A stretch of DNA of 64,000 nt from Mageeibacillus sp. UBA5436. GTDB lineage: Bacteria > Bacillota > Clostridia > Saccharofermentanales > DTU023. The notes beneath the pieces were generated by a model, which saw only the letters and a list, made by a program, of their open reading frames with translations, made no database searches and was not told the origin of the DNA. This document shows positions 1 through 10,463 of this stretch, piece after piece. The number at the start of each line of letters is the position of its first letter. Within the stretch, counting starts at the first letter, position 1. A program made the position numbers and the translations under genes. The stretch spans positions 12,383 through 76,382 of the forward strand of contig DIRM01000046.1 in NCBI GenBank assembly GCA_002427545.1, read 5' to 3'.

Positions 1-868
1 GAAAATCACTACCTGCAGTGAAGAATAAATTGTTTTCCTCTGCACATTGCCATAAGAGAATTTGTTGCTCGAGTGATGCATCGCTATGAAAAACTTCTAT
101 ACCAAGTTGAGTTATTTTTAATAGATGTTGAATCTTTTGATTCAATAATTCTTGACTTTGACACCAACCATATTGATGCGGATGTGCAATTACGGGAAAA
201 CCATTCGCCTCATCTATTACTTGTAACGCTTCTTCTATTTTAACTTTTTCACGTGGTACATAGGCAGCTTTATTATCACCGAGATAAAAATCAAATGCCT
301 CTTGTATGGAGTTTACATAATCATTCTTGACTAACCATTTAGCTGTTTTTACACGACCAGGCACAGGTTCTGAAAAAGTTGGATCTAAAGTGTTTGAAGG
401 AATAGGGATATTTAATTCCTGTAATTTATTTATCATCTTTTTATTTCGTTCAAAACGATTTTTTCTTTGCAATTTTAAAAAGCTATTTAAATTTTTAATT
501 TGATAACCAGAAAAATAGGCTAATAAATGAACGTTTTGTTTTTCAAATTCAACATTCAATTCGATTCCGGGGATAATTAAAGGAGATTTTAGCAAATTCT
601 GAGATTCGATTTGTTTTGATAATTTCCACAAATTCATTTGTTGATCTTGCATGTATTGATCAAGGCTAACATGATTGTCCATTAATTCTAGAACACCCTC
701 ATTAGTGTCATGGTCGGTCAATGCCAAACAATTTAATTGATTTTCTTTGGCTAAAATAAAGACTTCCTCAGGCGAAAAACTACCATCTGAAGCCGTAGAA
801 TGCACATGTAAATCAATACTACCTTGCTTGGTTAAATTATTTAAAAAACTTCCTAATGCTATATTCAT
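1..868 (-). CDS. PHP-domain metal-dependent phosphoesterase (TrpH/YciV-like); the 3' end runs off the window start
   Basis: Absent from the supplied ORF track because it is open at the window edge. Reverse-strand ATG at 868-866. My translation begins MNIALGSFLNNLTKQGSIDLHVHSTASDGSFSPEEVFILAKENQLNCLALTDHD. The HVHSxxSDG and LTDHD motifs are typical of the PHP domain. Confidence 0.75.
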   Translation of the reverse strand, partial: MNIALGSFLNNLTKQGSIDLHVHSTASDGSFSPEEVFILAKENQLNCLALTDHDTNEGVLELMDNHVSLDQYMQDQQMNLWKLSKQIESQNLLKSPLIIPGIELNVEFEKQNVHLLAYFSGYQIKNLNSFLKLQRKNRFERNKKMINKLQELNIPIPSNTLDPTFSEPVPGRVKTAKWLVKNDYVNSIQEAFDFYLGDNKAAYVPREKVKIEEALQVIDEANGFPVIAHPHQYGWCQSQELLNQKIQHLLKITQLGIEVFHSDASLEQQILLWQCAEENNLFFTAGSDF

Positions 869-1036
869 GATTATATATTATATATTATAAACTACTTTTA
901 TTTTATAATTCTTCACTCTGCTTATTCTATTAAGATCGTCCATTATATTTGTCAATAACTTATAATCGATATACAATAATATAAGTTAATTACAAATAAT
1001 TGTAACACAATTTATTTAGATGATAAGGGGAAAATT

Positions 1037-2977
1037 ATGGCCGTAAGAAAGAAAAACATTGAAGATGTAAATGTCAAAGACAAGAAAGTGTTAGTACGTG
1101 TCGACTTTAATGTTCCAGTCGATAAACAAACAAATGAAATTACAGATGATAAAAGAATTAGAGCCGCTTTGCCAACTATTCAATATTTAGTTGATCAAGG
1201 AGCAAAAGTTATTCTCATGTCTCATATGGGCAGACCAAAAGGTGTAGATCCAAAATTATCAATGTCAATCGCGGCAAAACGTTTATCTGAATTGATTAAT
1301 AAAGATGTTATTTTGTCTGATGATGTTGTAGGTGAAGATGCCAAAACAAAAGCCGAGAGCTTAAAATCTGGTGAAATCTTAATGCTAGAAAATCTTCGCT
1401 ATCATGCTGAAGAAACAAAAAATGACCCTGCTTTTGCACGTGAATTAGCTTCATTAGCAGAAATTTATGTAAATGATGCTTTTGGAACAGCCCATAGAGC
1501 TCATGCTTCAACTGCAGGTGTAGCTAATTATTTACCAGCTTATGCAGGATATTTAATTCAAAAAGAAATTGATGTCATGGGTGGAGCAATTTCTGATCCA
1601 AAACAACCATTTGTTGCTATTTTAGGTGGAGCAAAAGTTTCTGATAAAATTGGTGTTATTCGCAATCTGTTAAATAAGGTTGAAACATTGATTGTCGGTG
1701 GTGGTATGGCTTTTACTTTCTTAAAAGCAAAAGGCTATGAAGTTGGAACATCTTTATTAGAAGAAGATAAAATCGAATTAGCAAAAATTTTATTAGAAGA
1801 AGCTGAAGCTAAGAATGTTTCTTTATTATTACCAGTTGATATTGTAGCAGCAACAAAATTTGCAGCTGATGCTGATTATGAAATTGTTGATGCTGACAAA
1901 ATGCCTGCTGACCGCATGGGCCTCGATATTGGACCTAAAACAATCGAACTATTTTCTAATACAGTTAAAAATGCTGGTACAGTAGTTTGGAATGGCCCAA
2001 TGGGCGTTTTTGAATTTGAAGAATTTGCTAAAGGTACAAAAGCAGTGGCAGAAGCTTTGGCCAATTCAGATGCTATTAGTATTGTTGGCGGTGGTGATTC
2101 TGCAGCAGCTGTTGAATTATTGGGCTATGCAGATAAAATAACTCATATTTCTACTGGAGGCGGAGCTTCTTTAGAATTATTAGAAGGAAAAGTTTTGCCT
2201 GGTATTGATGCAATTCAAAATGCTGGTGCTAGACGAACAATGGCAGCTGGTAATTGGAAAATGAATGCTGGTGTTCCAGCTGATGCTGAAAAATTATTAA
2301 CGGAATTATTACCATTGGTAAAAGATGCTGCTAATGAAATTGTAATTGGTGTTCCATTTACAGCAATTAGTAAAGCATTAGAAGTAACAGCCTATTCAAA
2401 TGTTAAAATTGCAGCAGAAAATTGCCATTATGAAGATAAAGGTGCTTACACTGGTGAAGTATCTGCCAAAATGTTAGCTGAAATGAAAGTGCCTTTTGTT
2501 ATTATCGGCCATTCAGAACGCAGAGAATATTTTAATGAAACAAATGAAACTGTTAATTTAAAAGCAAAAGCAGCATTAAATTGGGGCGTTAGACCTATTG
2601 TTTGTTGTGGTGAAACACTTGAACAAAGAGAATCTGGTCAAACATTTGATTGGATTAAGGAACAGATAACAGAAGGTTTAAAAGATATTCCAGCAGAAAA
2701 AATGAGCTTCATTACTATTGCCTATGAACCTATTTGGGCAATCGGTACTGGAAAAACAGCAAGTGATGAACAAGCTCAAGAAGTTTGTGCTTATATCAGA
2801 AAACTGGTAGCTGAATTATATGATCAAGAAATCGCGGATGCCTTAAGAATATTATATGGTGGTTCTGTTAATGCCAAAAATGCTGAAAGCTTATTTGGTC
2901 AACCAGACATTGACGGCGGTTTAGTTGGAGGCGCATCCTTAAAACCAAATGATTTCAAAGTAATTTGTTTTGCATAA
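1037..2977 (+). CDS. pgk/tpiA: Fused phosphoglycerate kinase / triosephosphate isomerase (bifunctional PGK-TIM, 646 aa)
   Basis: The N-terminal ~396 aa match PGK ([39 protein letters not shown]). From M402 onward the sequence matches TIM ([33 protein letters not shown]). One continuous reading frame with no stop at the junction. Confidence 0.93.
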   Translation: MAVRKKNIEDVNVKDKKVLVRVDFNVPVDKQTNEITDDKRIRAALPTIQYLVDQGAKVILMSHMGRPKGVDPKLSMSIAAKRLSELINKDVILSDDVVGEDAKTKAESLKSGEILMLENLRYHAEETKNDPAFARELASLAEIYVNDAFGTAHRAHASTAGVANYLPAYAGYLIQKEIDVMGGAISDPKQPFVAILGGAKVSDKIGVIRNLLNKVETLIVGGGMAFTFLKAKGYEVGTSLLEEDKIELAKILLEEAEAKNVSLLLPVDIVAATKFAADADYEIVDADKMPADRMGLDIGPKTIELFSNTVKNAGTVVWNGPMGVFEFEEFAKGTKAVAEALANSDAISIVGGGDSAAAVELLGYADKITHISTGGGASLELLEGKVLPGIDAIQNAGARRTMAAGNWKMNAGVPADAEKLLTELLPLVKDAANEIVIGVPFTAISKALEVTAYSNVKIAAENCHYEDKGAYTGEVSAKMLAEMKVPFVIIGHSERREYFNETNETVNLKAKAALNWGVRPIVCCGETLEQRESGQTFDWIKEQITEGLKDIPAEKMSFITIAYEPIWAIGTGKTASDEQAQEVCAYIRKLVAELYDQEIADALRILYGGSVNAKNAESLFGQPDIDGGLVGGASLKPNDFKVICFA

Positions 2978-2991
2978 ATGTATCGACATAA

Positions 2992-3026
2992 CATTAGGCT
3001 CAAGTTAACTTGAGCCTAATGTTTTT
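2992..3026 (+). terminator. Rho-independent terminator after pgk/tpiA
   Basis: Perfect inverted repeat cattaggctcaagt / acttgagcctaatg (2992-3021) followed by a TTTTT run. Confidence 0.8.
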
Positions 3027-3216
3027 AATCATTTATAATTAAAGTAATTTCAAACAAAAAATAGAAATCTAAAAACTTTTCATAATAGATATAAAATCAT
3101 AGGGTGATTATAGCTCTTTTTGTGGATATTCATATAAAAAGGGTAAAGTTATGCTATAATTAAAAATACTAAATTAATAAAAAAACCGTTTTATTTTTCA
3201 GTAAAAGGAGAGAAAT

Positions 3217-6200
3217 ATGACAAAAAACAAAAAGTTTATGACGATGGATGGAAATACAGCTTGTGCGTATACTTCTTACGCATTTTCAGAAGTTGCTGGT
3301 ATTTATCCAATTACTCCATCATCACCGATGGCTGACTATGTTGATCAATGGTCACAAGAAGGAAGAAAAAATATTTTTGGACAAACAGTCAATGTTATTG
3401 AAATGCAATCCGAAGCAGGTGCTGCAGGATTTGTGCATGGTTCTTTAGCAACAGGAGCATTAACAACTACTTATACCGCTTCTCAAGGTTTGCTGTTAAT
3501 GATACCAAATATGTATAAAATTGCTGGTGAATTATTGCCAGGCGTTTTCCACGTTTCAGCTAGAGCTGTTGCTGGCCAAGCTTTATCCATATTTGGGGAT
3601 CAATCTGATGTTATGGCTTGCCGACAAACTGGTTTTGCTATGTTAGCTTCATCTAGCGTACAAGAAGCTCATGAAGTAGCAGCAATCGCGCATTTAGCAG
3701 CCATTAAAGGTCGTGTCCCTTTCCTACATTTCTTTGATGGATTTAGAACCTCTCATGAAATTCAAAAAATTGAAATCATGGACTATGAAGATCTCAAAGA
3801 ATTAGTTGATATGGATGCAATTGAAGCTTTCCGCAAACGTAGTTTGAGTCCAAATGATCCAGTTATTCGCGGTACGGCTCAAAATCCAGATATCAATTTC
3901 CAAGCAAGAGAAGCATCAAATCCTTTCTATGATAATTTATTACCTATTATAGAAGATTATATGGCAAAGATTAGTGATTTAACCGGTCGCGAATATAAAC
4001 CATTTGGATATTATGGTGCAGAAGATGCAGAAGAAATTATCATTTGTATGGGTTCTGTTTATGAAACAGCGCGCGAAACAGTTGACTATTTAAATGCACA
4101 TGGCCGTAAAGTTGGTGTTATCCATGTTTACTTATATCGTCCATTCTCGATTGAGCGCATTCGTGAAACTATCCCATCTACTGTTAAAAAAATTGCAGTC
4201 TTAGATCGTACTAAAGAACCTGGTTCACAAGGTGAGCCTTTATACTTAGATGTTATTAGTGCTTTTAAAGGCGATCCTAATGCTCCAATTATTGTTGGTG
4301 GACGTTATGGTTTAGGTTCAAAAGACACGACTCCAGATCAAATTAATGCCGTCTTTACTAACTTACATAATGATCAACCTTTAGAAAGATTTACGATTGG
4401 TATTAATGATGATGTTACTCATTTATCATTACCTCTTGGTGATTCTATCGATGTTACCAAAGAAGGCACAGTAGCTGCTCGTTTCTGGGGTTTAGGCTCA
4501 GATGGTACAGTTGGTGCTAATAAAAACTCTATTAAAATTATTGGTGATCATACAGACATGTATGCACAAGCATATTTCAGCTATGACTCTAAAAAATCTG
4601 GTGGTATCACTATTTCTGACTTGCGTTTTGGCCATCAACCAATTCGTGCACCATATTTAGTTGATAAAGCAGACTTTATCGCTTGTCATAATCAATCATA
4701 TGTTGATAACTACGATATGTTGGCTCCATTAAAAAAGGGTGGTTCATTCTTATTAAATACGCAATGGAATGCTGAAGAATTAAATGAACATTTACCTAAC
4801 AAAATGAAACGCTTTATTGCCCAAAATGATATTAACTTTTACACAATTGATGCGGTTGATTTAGCTGGTGAAATTGGCTTAGGTTCAAGAATTAATACCA
4901 TTTGCCAAGCAGCTTATTTCAAAATTACAGAAGTTATGCCTGTTGATGAAGCAGTCAAATATATGAAAGAAATGATTGTTAAATCTTATGGTAATAAGGG
5001 GCAAGATATCATTGACATGAACTATGCTGCTGTTGATACAGGTGTAGAAAATGTTGTAAAAATTGATGTTCCGGCAGAATGGGCAAATTTAGAAGATGAA
5101 GCTTTACCAGTTCGTGAAGCACCTGATTTCATTAAAAATATTGCTGATATAATGAATCGTCAAGAAGGTGACAGTCTACCAGTATCTGCTTTTGTAGATC
5201 GTGAAGATGGTCATATTCCTTCTGGAACCGCTCAATATGAAAAACGTGGTATTGCAATCAATATTCCTTCTTGGAAACCAGACAAATGTATTCAATGTAA
5301 TCAATGCTCTTTTGTATGTCCACATGCTGTCATTAGACCAGTACTATTAGATGACGAAGAAGCAGACAAAGCACCAGAAGGCTTTATTACAATTGGTGGT
5401 TCAAAACCTTATGATAAATTCCAATATCGTATTCAAGTTTCAATTTTAGACTGTACTGGCTGTGGTTCATGCGCCAATGTATGTCCTAAAGATGCTCTTG
5501 AAATGGAGCCAATTGAAAATCATATGGTTGAAGCTGAATATTGGGACTTTGCACAAAAAGAAGTTAAACCAAAAGCTAATCCAATGAAGAAAACAACAGT
5601 AAAAGGTTCACAATTTGAAACACCATTACTCGAATTCTCAGGAGCTTGTGCAGGTTGTGGTGAAACACCATATATTAAACTATTAACACAATTATTTGGC
5701 GATAGAATGCAAATCTCAAATGCTACTGGCTGTAGCTCAATTTGGGGCGCCTCATCACCATCCACTCCATATACTAAGAACCATGATGGTCATGGTCCAG
5801 CTTGGTCAAATTCATTATTTGAAGATGCTGCTGAACATGGAATGGGCATGCATATGGGTGCAAAACAAATTCGTGAGAGAGCTTCTCATACGCTAAAACA
5901 ATTACTTGATCTGGATGTTGATGCCAAGATTAAAGAAACAGCTGATGCTTGGTTCGCTGATTATGAAAATGGCGAAAAATCTCGTGCATTGTCTGATGAT
6001 TTAATTGCCGCATTATCTGATTACTCAGGTGATAATGCTGAAGCTAAAAAATATATTGAGTCTATCTTAGATTTAAAAGATTATTTGATGAAACGTTCAT
6101 CATGGATTATCGGTGGTGATGGTTGGGCATACGATATCGGTTATGGTGGATTAGATCATGTTCTAGCCTCTGGAGAAGATATTAATGTCTTTGTCTTAGA

Positions 6201-6762
6201 TACAGAAATTTATTCCAATACAGGCGGTCAGGCTTCAAAATCAACACCACTTGGTGCGATTGCAGAATTTGCTGCTGGTGGTAAACCAGTCAAGAAAAAA
6301 GATCTTGGCTTAATGGCAACGACTTATGGCTATGTATACGTTGGTCAAATTGCTATGGGTGCAAATCAAGCACATACCTTAAGAGTTATTGCAGAAGCAG
6401 AAGCTTATAATGGTCCATCTATTATTATCGCTTATGCTCCATGTATTTCTCATGGTATTCGTGGTGGCTTAACGATTTCTCAAACCAGAGAGAAAGACGC
6501 AGTTGAAACAGGTTACTGGCATCTTTGGAATTTTGATCCAAGAAAAGCCGAAAAAGGTGAGAATCCATTTACCTTAACATCCAAACCACCAACAAGAGAT
6601 TATAGAGAATTCTTAGAAAAAGAAGTGCGTTATACTTCCTTAAAGAGAAAATATGATCAAGAAAAAGTTGATGAAATTTATGCTAAGAGTGCTGAAGCGG
6701 CGAAAGAACGTTATGAGAATTATATTCGTTTGTCTGAAGCAAAATATGGTGATGAAGAATAG
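3217..6762 (+). CDS. nifJ: Pyruvate:ferredoxin (flavodoxin) oxidoreductase, single-chain PFOR
   Basis: 1181 aa. Opens with the typical MDGNTAxAxxxYAFSEVAxIYPITPSS. Two ferredoxin-type clusters (CIQCNQCSFVCPH and CTGCGSCANVCP). C-terminal TPP-binding GGDGWAYDIGYGG motif. Confidence 0.96.
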   Translation: MTKNKKFMTMDGNTACAYTSYAFSEVAGIYPITPSSPMADYVDQWSQEGRKNIFGQTVNVIEMQSEAGAAGFVHGSLATGALTTTYTASQGLLLMIPNMYKIAGELLPGVFHVSARAVAGQALSIFGDQSDVMACRQTGFAMLASSSVQEAHEVAAIAHLAAIKGRVPFLHFFDGFRTSHEIQKIEIMDYEDLKELVDMDAIEAFRKRSLSPNDPVIRGTAQNPDINFQAREASNPFYDNLLPIIEDYMAKISDLTGREYKPFGYYGAEDAEEIIICMGSVYETARETVDYLNAHGRKVGVIHVYLYRPFSIERIRETIPSTVKKIAVLDRTKEPGSQGEPLYLDVISAFKGDPNAPIIVGGRYGLGSKDTTPDQINAVFTNLHNDQPLERFTIGINDDVTHLSLPLGDSIDVTKEGTVAARFWGLGSDGTVGANKNSIKIIGDHTDMYAQAYFSYDSKKSGGITISDLRFGHQPIRAPYLVDKADFIACHNQSYVDNYDMLAPLKKGGSFLLNTQWNAEELNEHLPNKMKRFIAQNDINFYTIDAVDLAGEIGLGSRINTICQAAYFKITEVMPVDEAVKYMKEMIVKSYGNKGQDIIDMNYAAVDTGVENVVKIDVPAEWANLEDEALPVREAPDFIKNIADIMNRQEGDSLPVSAFVDREDGHIPSGTAQYEKRGIAINIPSWKPDKCIQCNQCSFVCPHAVIRPVLLDDEEADKAPEGFITIGGSKPYDKFQYRIQVSILDCTGCGSCANVCPKDALEMEPIENHMVEAEYWDFAQKEVKPKANPMKKTTVKGSQFETPLLEFSGACAGCGETPYIKLLTQLFGDRMQISNATGCSSIWGASSPSTPYTKNHDGHGPAWSNSLFEDAAEHGMGMHMGAKQIRERASHTLKQLLDLDVDAKIKETADAWFADYENGEKSRALSDDLIAALSDYSGDNAEAKKYIESILDLKDYLMKRSSWIIGGDGWAYDIGYGGLDHVLASGEDINVFVLDTEIYSNTGGQASKSTPLGAIAEFAAGGKPVKKKDLGLMATTYGYVYVGQIAMGANQAHTLRVIAEAEAYNGPSIIIAYAPCISHGIRGGLTISQTREKDAVETGYWHLWNFDPRKAEKGENPFTLTSKPPTRDYREFLEKEVRYTSLKRKYDQEKVDEIYAKSAEAAKERYENYIRLSEAKYGDEE

Positions 6763-6801
6763 TCAATAGACTGAAATCATTTTAAACTATATGTTATAAT
6801 T

Positions 6802-6834
6802 AATCCCCGTAGAGAAATTTACGGGGATTTTTTA
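6802..6834 (+). terminator. Rho-independent terminator after PFOR
   Basis: Stem aatccccgt (6802-6810) pairs with acggggatt (6821-6829), followed by a T-run. Confidence 0.8.
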
Positions 6835-6879
6835 ACTATACCAAATCTGATCTCACATAAATAATAAAAGGAGAATGGC

Positions 6880-7893
6880 GTGAAATTAAATCATAATTTG
6901 ACTTTACATTTATCAGATACATTGGTATCAGATGTATTTATTTCGAATTATATTAATCGCTTAAGCGGTCATGCTATTCGATGTTATTTAATTTTATTGC
7001 AAACTTTTCAACATGGAAATCGTAAAATTAATGTGACGGAAATAGCACAAAGGCTTGATAGTAATGAATCCGAAATCCAAAAAGCTTTAAGTGAATTGCA
7101 ACAATTACAATTAATTGTGATACAAAGTGGGCATCTCGATATAGCAGATCTAAAATTTTTAGAGATAAAAAGACATTATAATGATAATGCATTTAATCAA
7201 GATTCAGAAAAAGAAGATGAAAAAACGGTTTCACAGCGCGAAACAATCGTTAAACAAATCAATGATACATTTTTTCAAGGCGTGATGGGACTTGGTTTCT
7301 ATACGAAAATAGATGAATGGTTCCATAAATATCAATTTGAGCCAGAAGTGGTTTATGCTATTTTTTCTGAAGCTGCTGGAAATGGAAAATTGGCAAATAC
7401 AGGATATGTCAATGGCATTGCCGATAATTGGGGCCGTGCAGGCATTAAAAATTATCAACAATTAAATCAATATTATAAAGAATTTGAAAAACGAAAAGAG
7501 ATTATTTTCAAAATAAAACAAAAATTAAATATAAAATCAAATTTTACTTCATATCAGGAAACGCTTGTTAATAAATGGATTAATGAATTTCAATTTGACT
7601 TTCCAATTATTGAATTAGCTTTAAAAGAAACCATCAATATTAATTCTCCTAATCTAAAATATATTGATAAAATTTTAGAGGACTGGCATCAAAATAATTT
7701 ACAAACAGTAGATGAAATAAAACAATATAAAAGAGAATATCAAGAACAAAAGAAAAAGAAATCACATTCGAGTTCCAAAAGTTCGAAAACAAAAAAATTT
7801 AAAAGTGATGCGCAAGCTAAATTAGATGTGCCTGAAGAAGATTTATATAATATTGATCTCATTCAATATTATGCTGAACAAGAGGATGAATAA
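6880..7893 (+). CDS. DnaD/DnaB_2-domain replication initiation / primosome protein (B. subtilis DnaB/DnaD-like)
   Basis: GTG start 6 nt after AGGAG (6869-6873). Two DnaD-type repeats (FEPEVVYAIFSEAAGNGKLANTGYVNGIADNWGRAGIKNYQQL and PIIELALKETININSPNLKYIDKILEDWHQNNLQTVDEI). Sits directly upstream of a DnaI-like loader, as in Bacillus. Confidence 0.7.
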   Translation: MKLNHNLTLHLSDTLVSDVFISNYINRLSGHAIRCYLILLQTFQHGNRKINVTEIAQRLDSNESEIQKALSELQQLQLIVIQSGHLDIADLKFLEIKRHYNDNAFNQDSEKEDEKTVSQRETIVKQINDTFFQGVMGLGFYTKIDEWFHKYQFEPEVVYAIFSEAAGNGKLANTGYVNGIADNWGRAGIKNYQQLNQYYKEFEKRKEIIFKIKQKLNIKSNFTSYQETLVNKWINEFQFDFPIIELALKETININSPNLKYIDKILEDWHQNNLQTVDEIKQYKREYQEQKKKKSHSSSKSSKTKKFKSDAQAKLDVPEEDLYNIDLIQYYAEQEDE

Positions 7894-7895
7894 AG

Positions 7896-8930
7896 ATGCG
7901 CAGCTTAGATGAAAATATCAAAAAACGCTTGCAAAGATATTATGAACTGAAAAGAACAATAGCTGAAAAAAAACATGCTCAGTATTTAGAAGGATTATAT
8001 CAAGACTATCCTGAAATTAAGGATTTTGAAAATAAGAGAACAGAATATAGCTTGAATAAAATTAGAGCTAATATTAAACGTGAAAATCAAAAAGTCCAAT
8101 ATTACACGGAACAAATTCTTGAGATTGATCAGCAATTAAATATATTTTTACAAGAGAATAATATTCCTTTAGATTATGAAAAAATAAAATACGAATGCTC
8201 TTTTTGTCAAGATACAGGCTGGTATCATAATGATTATTGTGTATGCACAGAAGCTGCTTTGAAAATTTTAAATCAACAAGATAATCCTTTTGCTCCACCA
8301 GAAAACATGGTTTTTTCTGCTTTTGATGCAAGTATATTTTCGGATAAAAGAGAAAAAGAGTTTTTTTCTGGTAATATTTCACCAAACGAGGCGATCAAAG
8401 GCATAAAAAAAATGTTTACGGTTTTTATTGATAATTTTGATCAAAATTTTAAAAATTTTTATTTGTTTGGAAGTCCAGGTACAGGAAAAACATTTATGAT
8501 GGCTTGCGTAGCAAATGCTTTACGCGAAAAAGGTATAAATGTTATTTTTATCAAAGCGGTTCAGTTATTTGAAATTATGGCTAAAAGACGTATTTTGCTT
8601 AATAGTTTTAATCCAGATCCAGTTGAACAAGACACGGTTCGACGGATAATAGACTTGATTTGGAAATCAGAAATTCTATGTATTGATGATTTAGGTTTAG
8701 GAGCCAAAGGTATATCAAATACTTATGCAGACTTTATTGCGCTTTTAGACGAACGCTTAAACTCTGGCTTATCAACGCTCATAACATCAAATTTAAAACC
8801 AAAGGAATTAGCAAACGAATATGATGAAAGAATAGGTAGCAGAATTACTGGAAATTATGATTTAACTCCATTTGAAGGTAAGGATGTTCGTAGAGAAATG
8901 GCGCAGACGCGAAAAAATAAAAGGCCGTAA
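7896..8930 (+). CDS. dnaI: DnaI/DnaC-type replicative helicase loader (AAA+ ATPase)
   Basis: Cys-rich N-terminal region (CSFCQDTGWYHNDYCVC). Walker A GSPGTGKTF and Walker B LCIDDLG. Starts 2 nt after the DnaD-like gene. Confidence 0.75.
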   Translation: MRSLDENIKKRLQRYYELKRTIAEKKHAQYLEGLYQDYPEIKDFENKRTEYSLNKIRANIKRENQKVQYYTEQILEIDQQLNIFLQENNIPLDYEKIKYECSFCQDTGWYHNDYCVCTEAALKILNQQDNPFAPPENMVFSAFDASIFSDKREKEFFSGNISPNEAIKGIKKMFTVFIDNFDQNFKNFYLFGSPGTGKTFMMACVANALREKGINVIFIKAVQLFEIMAKRRILLNSFNPDPVEQDTVRRIIDLIWKSEILCIDDLGLGAKGISNTYADFIALLDERLNSGLSTLITSNLKPKELANEYDERIGSRITGNYDLTPFEGKDVRREMAQTRKNKRP

Positions 8931-8931
8931 A

Positions 8932-9309
8932 ATGAAAATATACAGCGGTGTTGATATCATCGAAATAAATAGATTTAGTGAAAAACTAATAAAAAAAGGG
9001 GATAGTTTCTTGGAATTTTTTTTGGATGAACAAGAAATTGAAACAGCTAAACAAAGGACACAAAGCTTAGCAGCCTTATTTGCAGCAAAAGAAGCTATTT
9101 CTAAAGCACTTGGTACAGGTATTTGGCAAAAAAAAATAGAATGGCATGATTTTTGCATAAGTCATAATGATCTAGGTAAGCCAGAAGTTGAATTGAAAAA
9201 TGAGGCGAAGGTCAAATTTGAAGAAATGCATGGTATTGATATTGATATTAGTATTTCACATGAAAAAAAATATGCCATTGCTTTTTGTGTTATCTTAGCA
9301 GAAAATTAA
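8932..9309 (+). CDS. acpS: Holo-[acyl-carrier-protein] synthase
   Basis: I take the start as the ATG at 8932 (MKIYSGVDIIEINRF...), one nt after the dnaI stop. The track ORF start at 8872 overlaps dnaI. The GVDIIEI, AAKEAxSKALGTG and ISHEKKYA motifs are typical of AcpS. Confidence 0.88.
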   Translation: MKIYSGVDIIEINRFSEKLIKKGDSFLEFFLDEQEIETAKQRTQSLAALFAAKEAISKALGTGIWQKKIEWHDFCISHNDLGKPEVELKNEAKVKFEEMHGIDIDISISHEKKYAIAFCVILAEN

Positions 9310-9312
9310 AAA

Positions 9313-10398
9313 ATGAAAAAACAAAATGTATTTGTAAAAAATCAAAAGGACAAAGATAAAAATTTAGATTTTGTTAAGTCTGAATATAATATTAATGAAA
9401 TAGACAAAAAAAAGGTACCAGCTTGGTTATTTCCTTTATTTTTTATTTTGCTGATTTTAGCTTTGTTAATTTTCCTTTTGCCCAAATATATTAATATTTA
9501 TCAAACAAAATCAGAAGAACAAAATTCTATACAAAATGATTTTTTGATAAATGCAAATTCTGTTGTTCAGAGTAAATATGCTAGAATTTATAATAACCCC
9601 TCTGTGGAAGGCAATACAATAATTACTGTTTTATTTAATGAACCGCTTAAATTAATTTCAGAAAAAAAAGAAAACGGATTTTATGCTGTTAAAACCTATG
9701 ATGGCATAGAAGGATATATTCAAGAAAAGAATATAACATTTGATCTTAATTCTATTCAATCAGATAGCATTACAAATCAGGTGATTGTTGTAAATGGGGA
9801 TAAATCAATTTTATCGGATGCATCTAATGGTAATATTATGGCTGTTGCACCGATGGGAAGTATACTTTATGCAGATTATGTAACGGAACAAGTTGTACGA
9901 GTTGTTTTACCAGATAATCAAATTGGTTGGCTCAATCGAGAAAATGTAGTCGTTTTTTCCATAAATGAAAAAATTCCAGCCGCTGAAGAAAAACAAGCCG
10001 ATATTTTTACATCTAGTGCACTCAAGTTTCTTAATGTGCCATATATACCCTTTGGATTGAGTTTAGACGGCATTGATATGCCAGGTGTTATTTATCTTGC
10101 TGCTTATACTAATGGGCTGGATATGCCCCGTTTAATCGAAGAACAGGCCGAATCTGGATATCAAATTTCTTTTGAAAGAGATACAGATAATTTCCCTTAT
10201 ATTGAAGGTTTTAAAGTTGGTGATTTACTTTTCTTTTCGGATTCATCTGGTAAAAAAATAGAATCGGTTGGTGTTTTTTTGGGAGAAGATAATATTCTGT
10301 ATGGCTTTGGTAATCAGAGTAAAATTGAAATTGTTAGTTTGAATAGTAATGAAAAATTATTTAAAGAATTACAAGTTGTCCGCAGATTATTTGAATAA
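9313..10398 (+). CDS. Membrane-anchored SH3b-repeat protein with a C-terminal NlpC/P60-like domain that appears to lack catalytic residues
   Basis: N-terminal TM segment (WLFPLFFILLILALLIFLL). Two SH3b-like segments (e.g. GFYAVKTYDGIEGYIQEKNI). The C-terminus aligns by eye to NlpC/P60 (LNVPYIPFG..GIDMPGVIY...VGDLLFF...ESVGVFLG). Confidence 0.65.
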   Translation: MKKQNVFVKNQKDKDKNLDFVKSEYNINEIDKKKVPAWLFPLFFILLILALLIFLLPKYINIYQTKSEEQNSIQNDFLINANSVVQSKYARIYNNPSVEGNTIITVLFNEPLKLISEKKENGFYAVKTYDGIEGYIQEKNITFDLNSIQSDSITNQVIVVNGDKSILSDASNGNIMAVAPMGSILYADYVTEQVVRVVLPDNQIGWLNRENVVVFSINEKIPAAEEKQADIFTSSALKFLNVPYIPFGLSLDGIDMPGVIYLAAYTNGLDMPRLIEEQAESGYQISFERDTDNFPYIEGFKVGDLLFFSDSSGKKIESVGVFLGEDNILYGFGNQSKIEIVSLNSNEKLFKELQVVRRLFE

Positions 10399-10463
10399 GT
10401 TATATCTGAAGATTAGATTTCCAAAAATAACAAAAAAAGAAGTCAAGTAAATCAAAAAAAGAT

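Noticed and set aside
8872-8931. Upstream extension of acpS (track start at 8872), overlapping dnaI by 59 nt.
   Set aside because: The extension (MKVRMFVEKWRRREKIKGRK) is not AcpS-like. The ATG at 8932 gives the canonical MKIYSGVDIIEI N-terminus directly after the dnaI stop.
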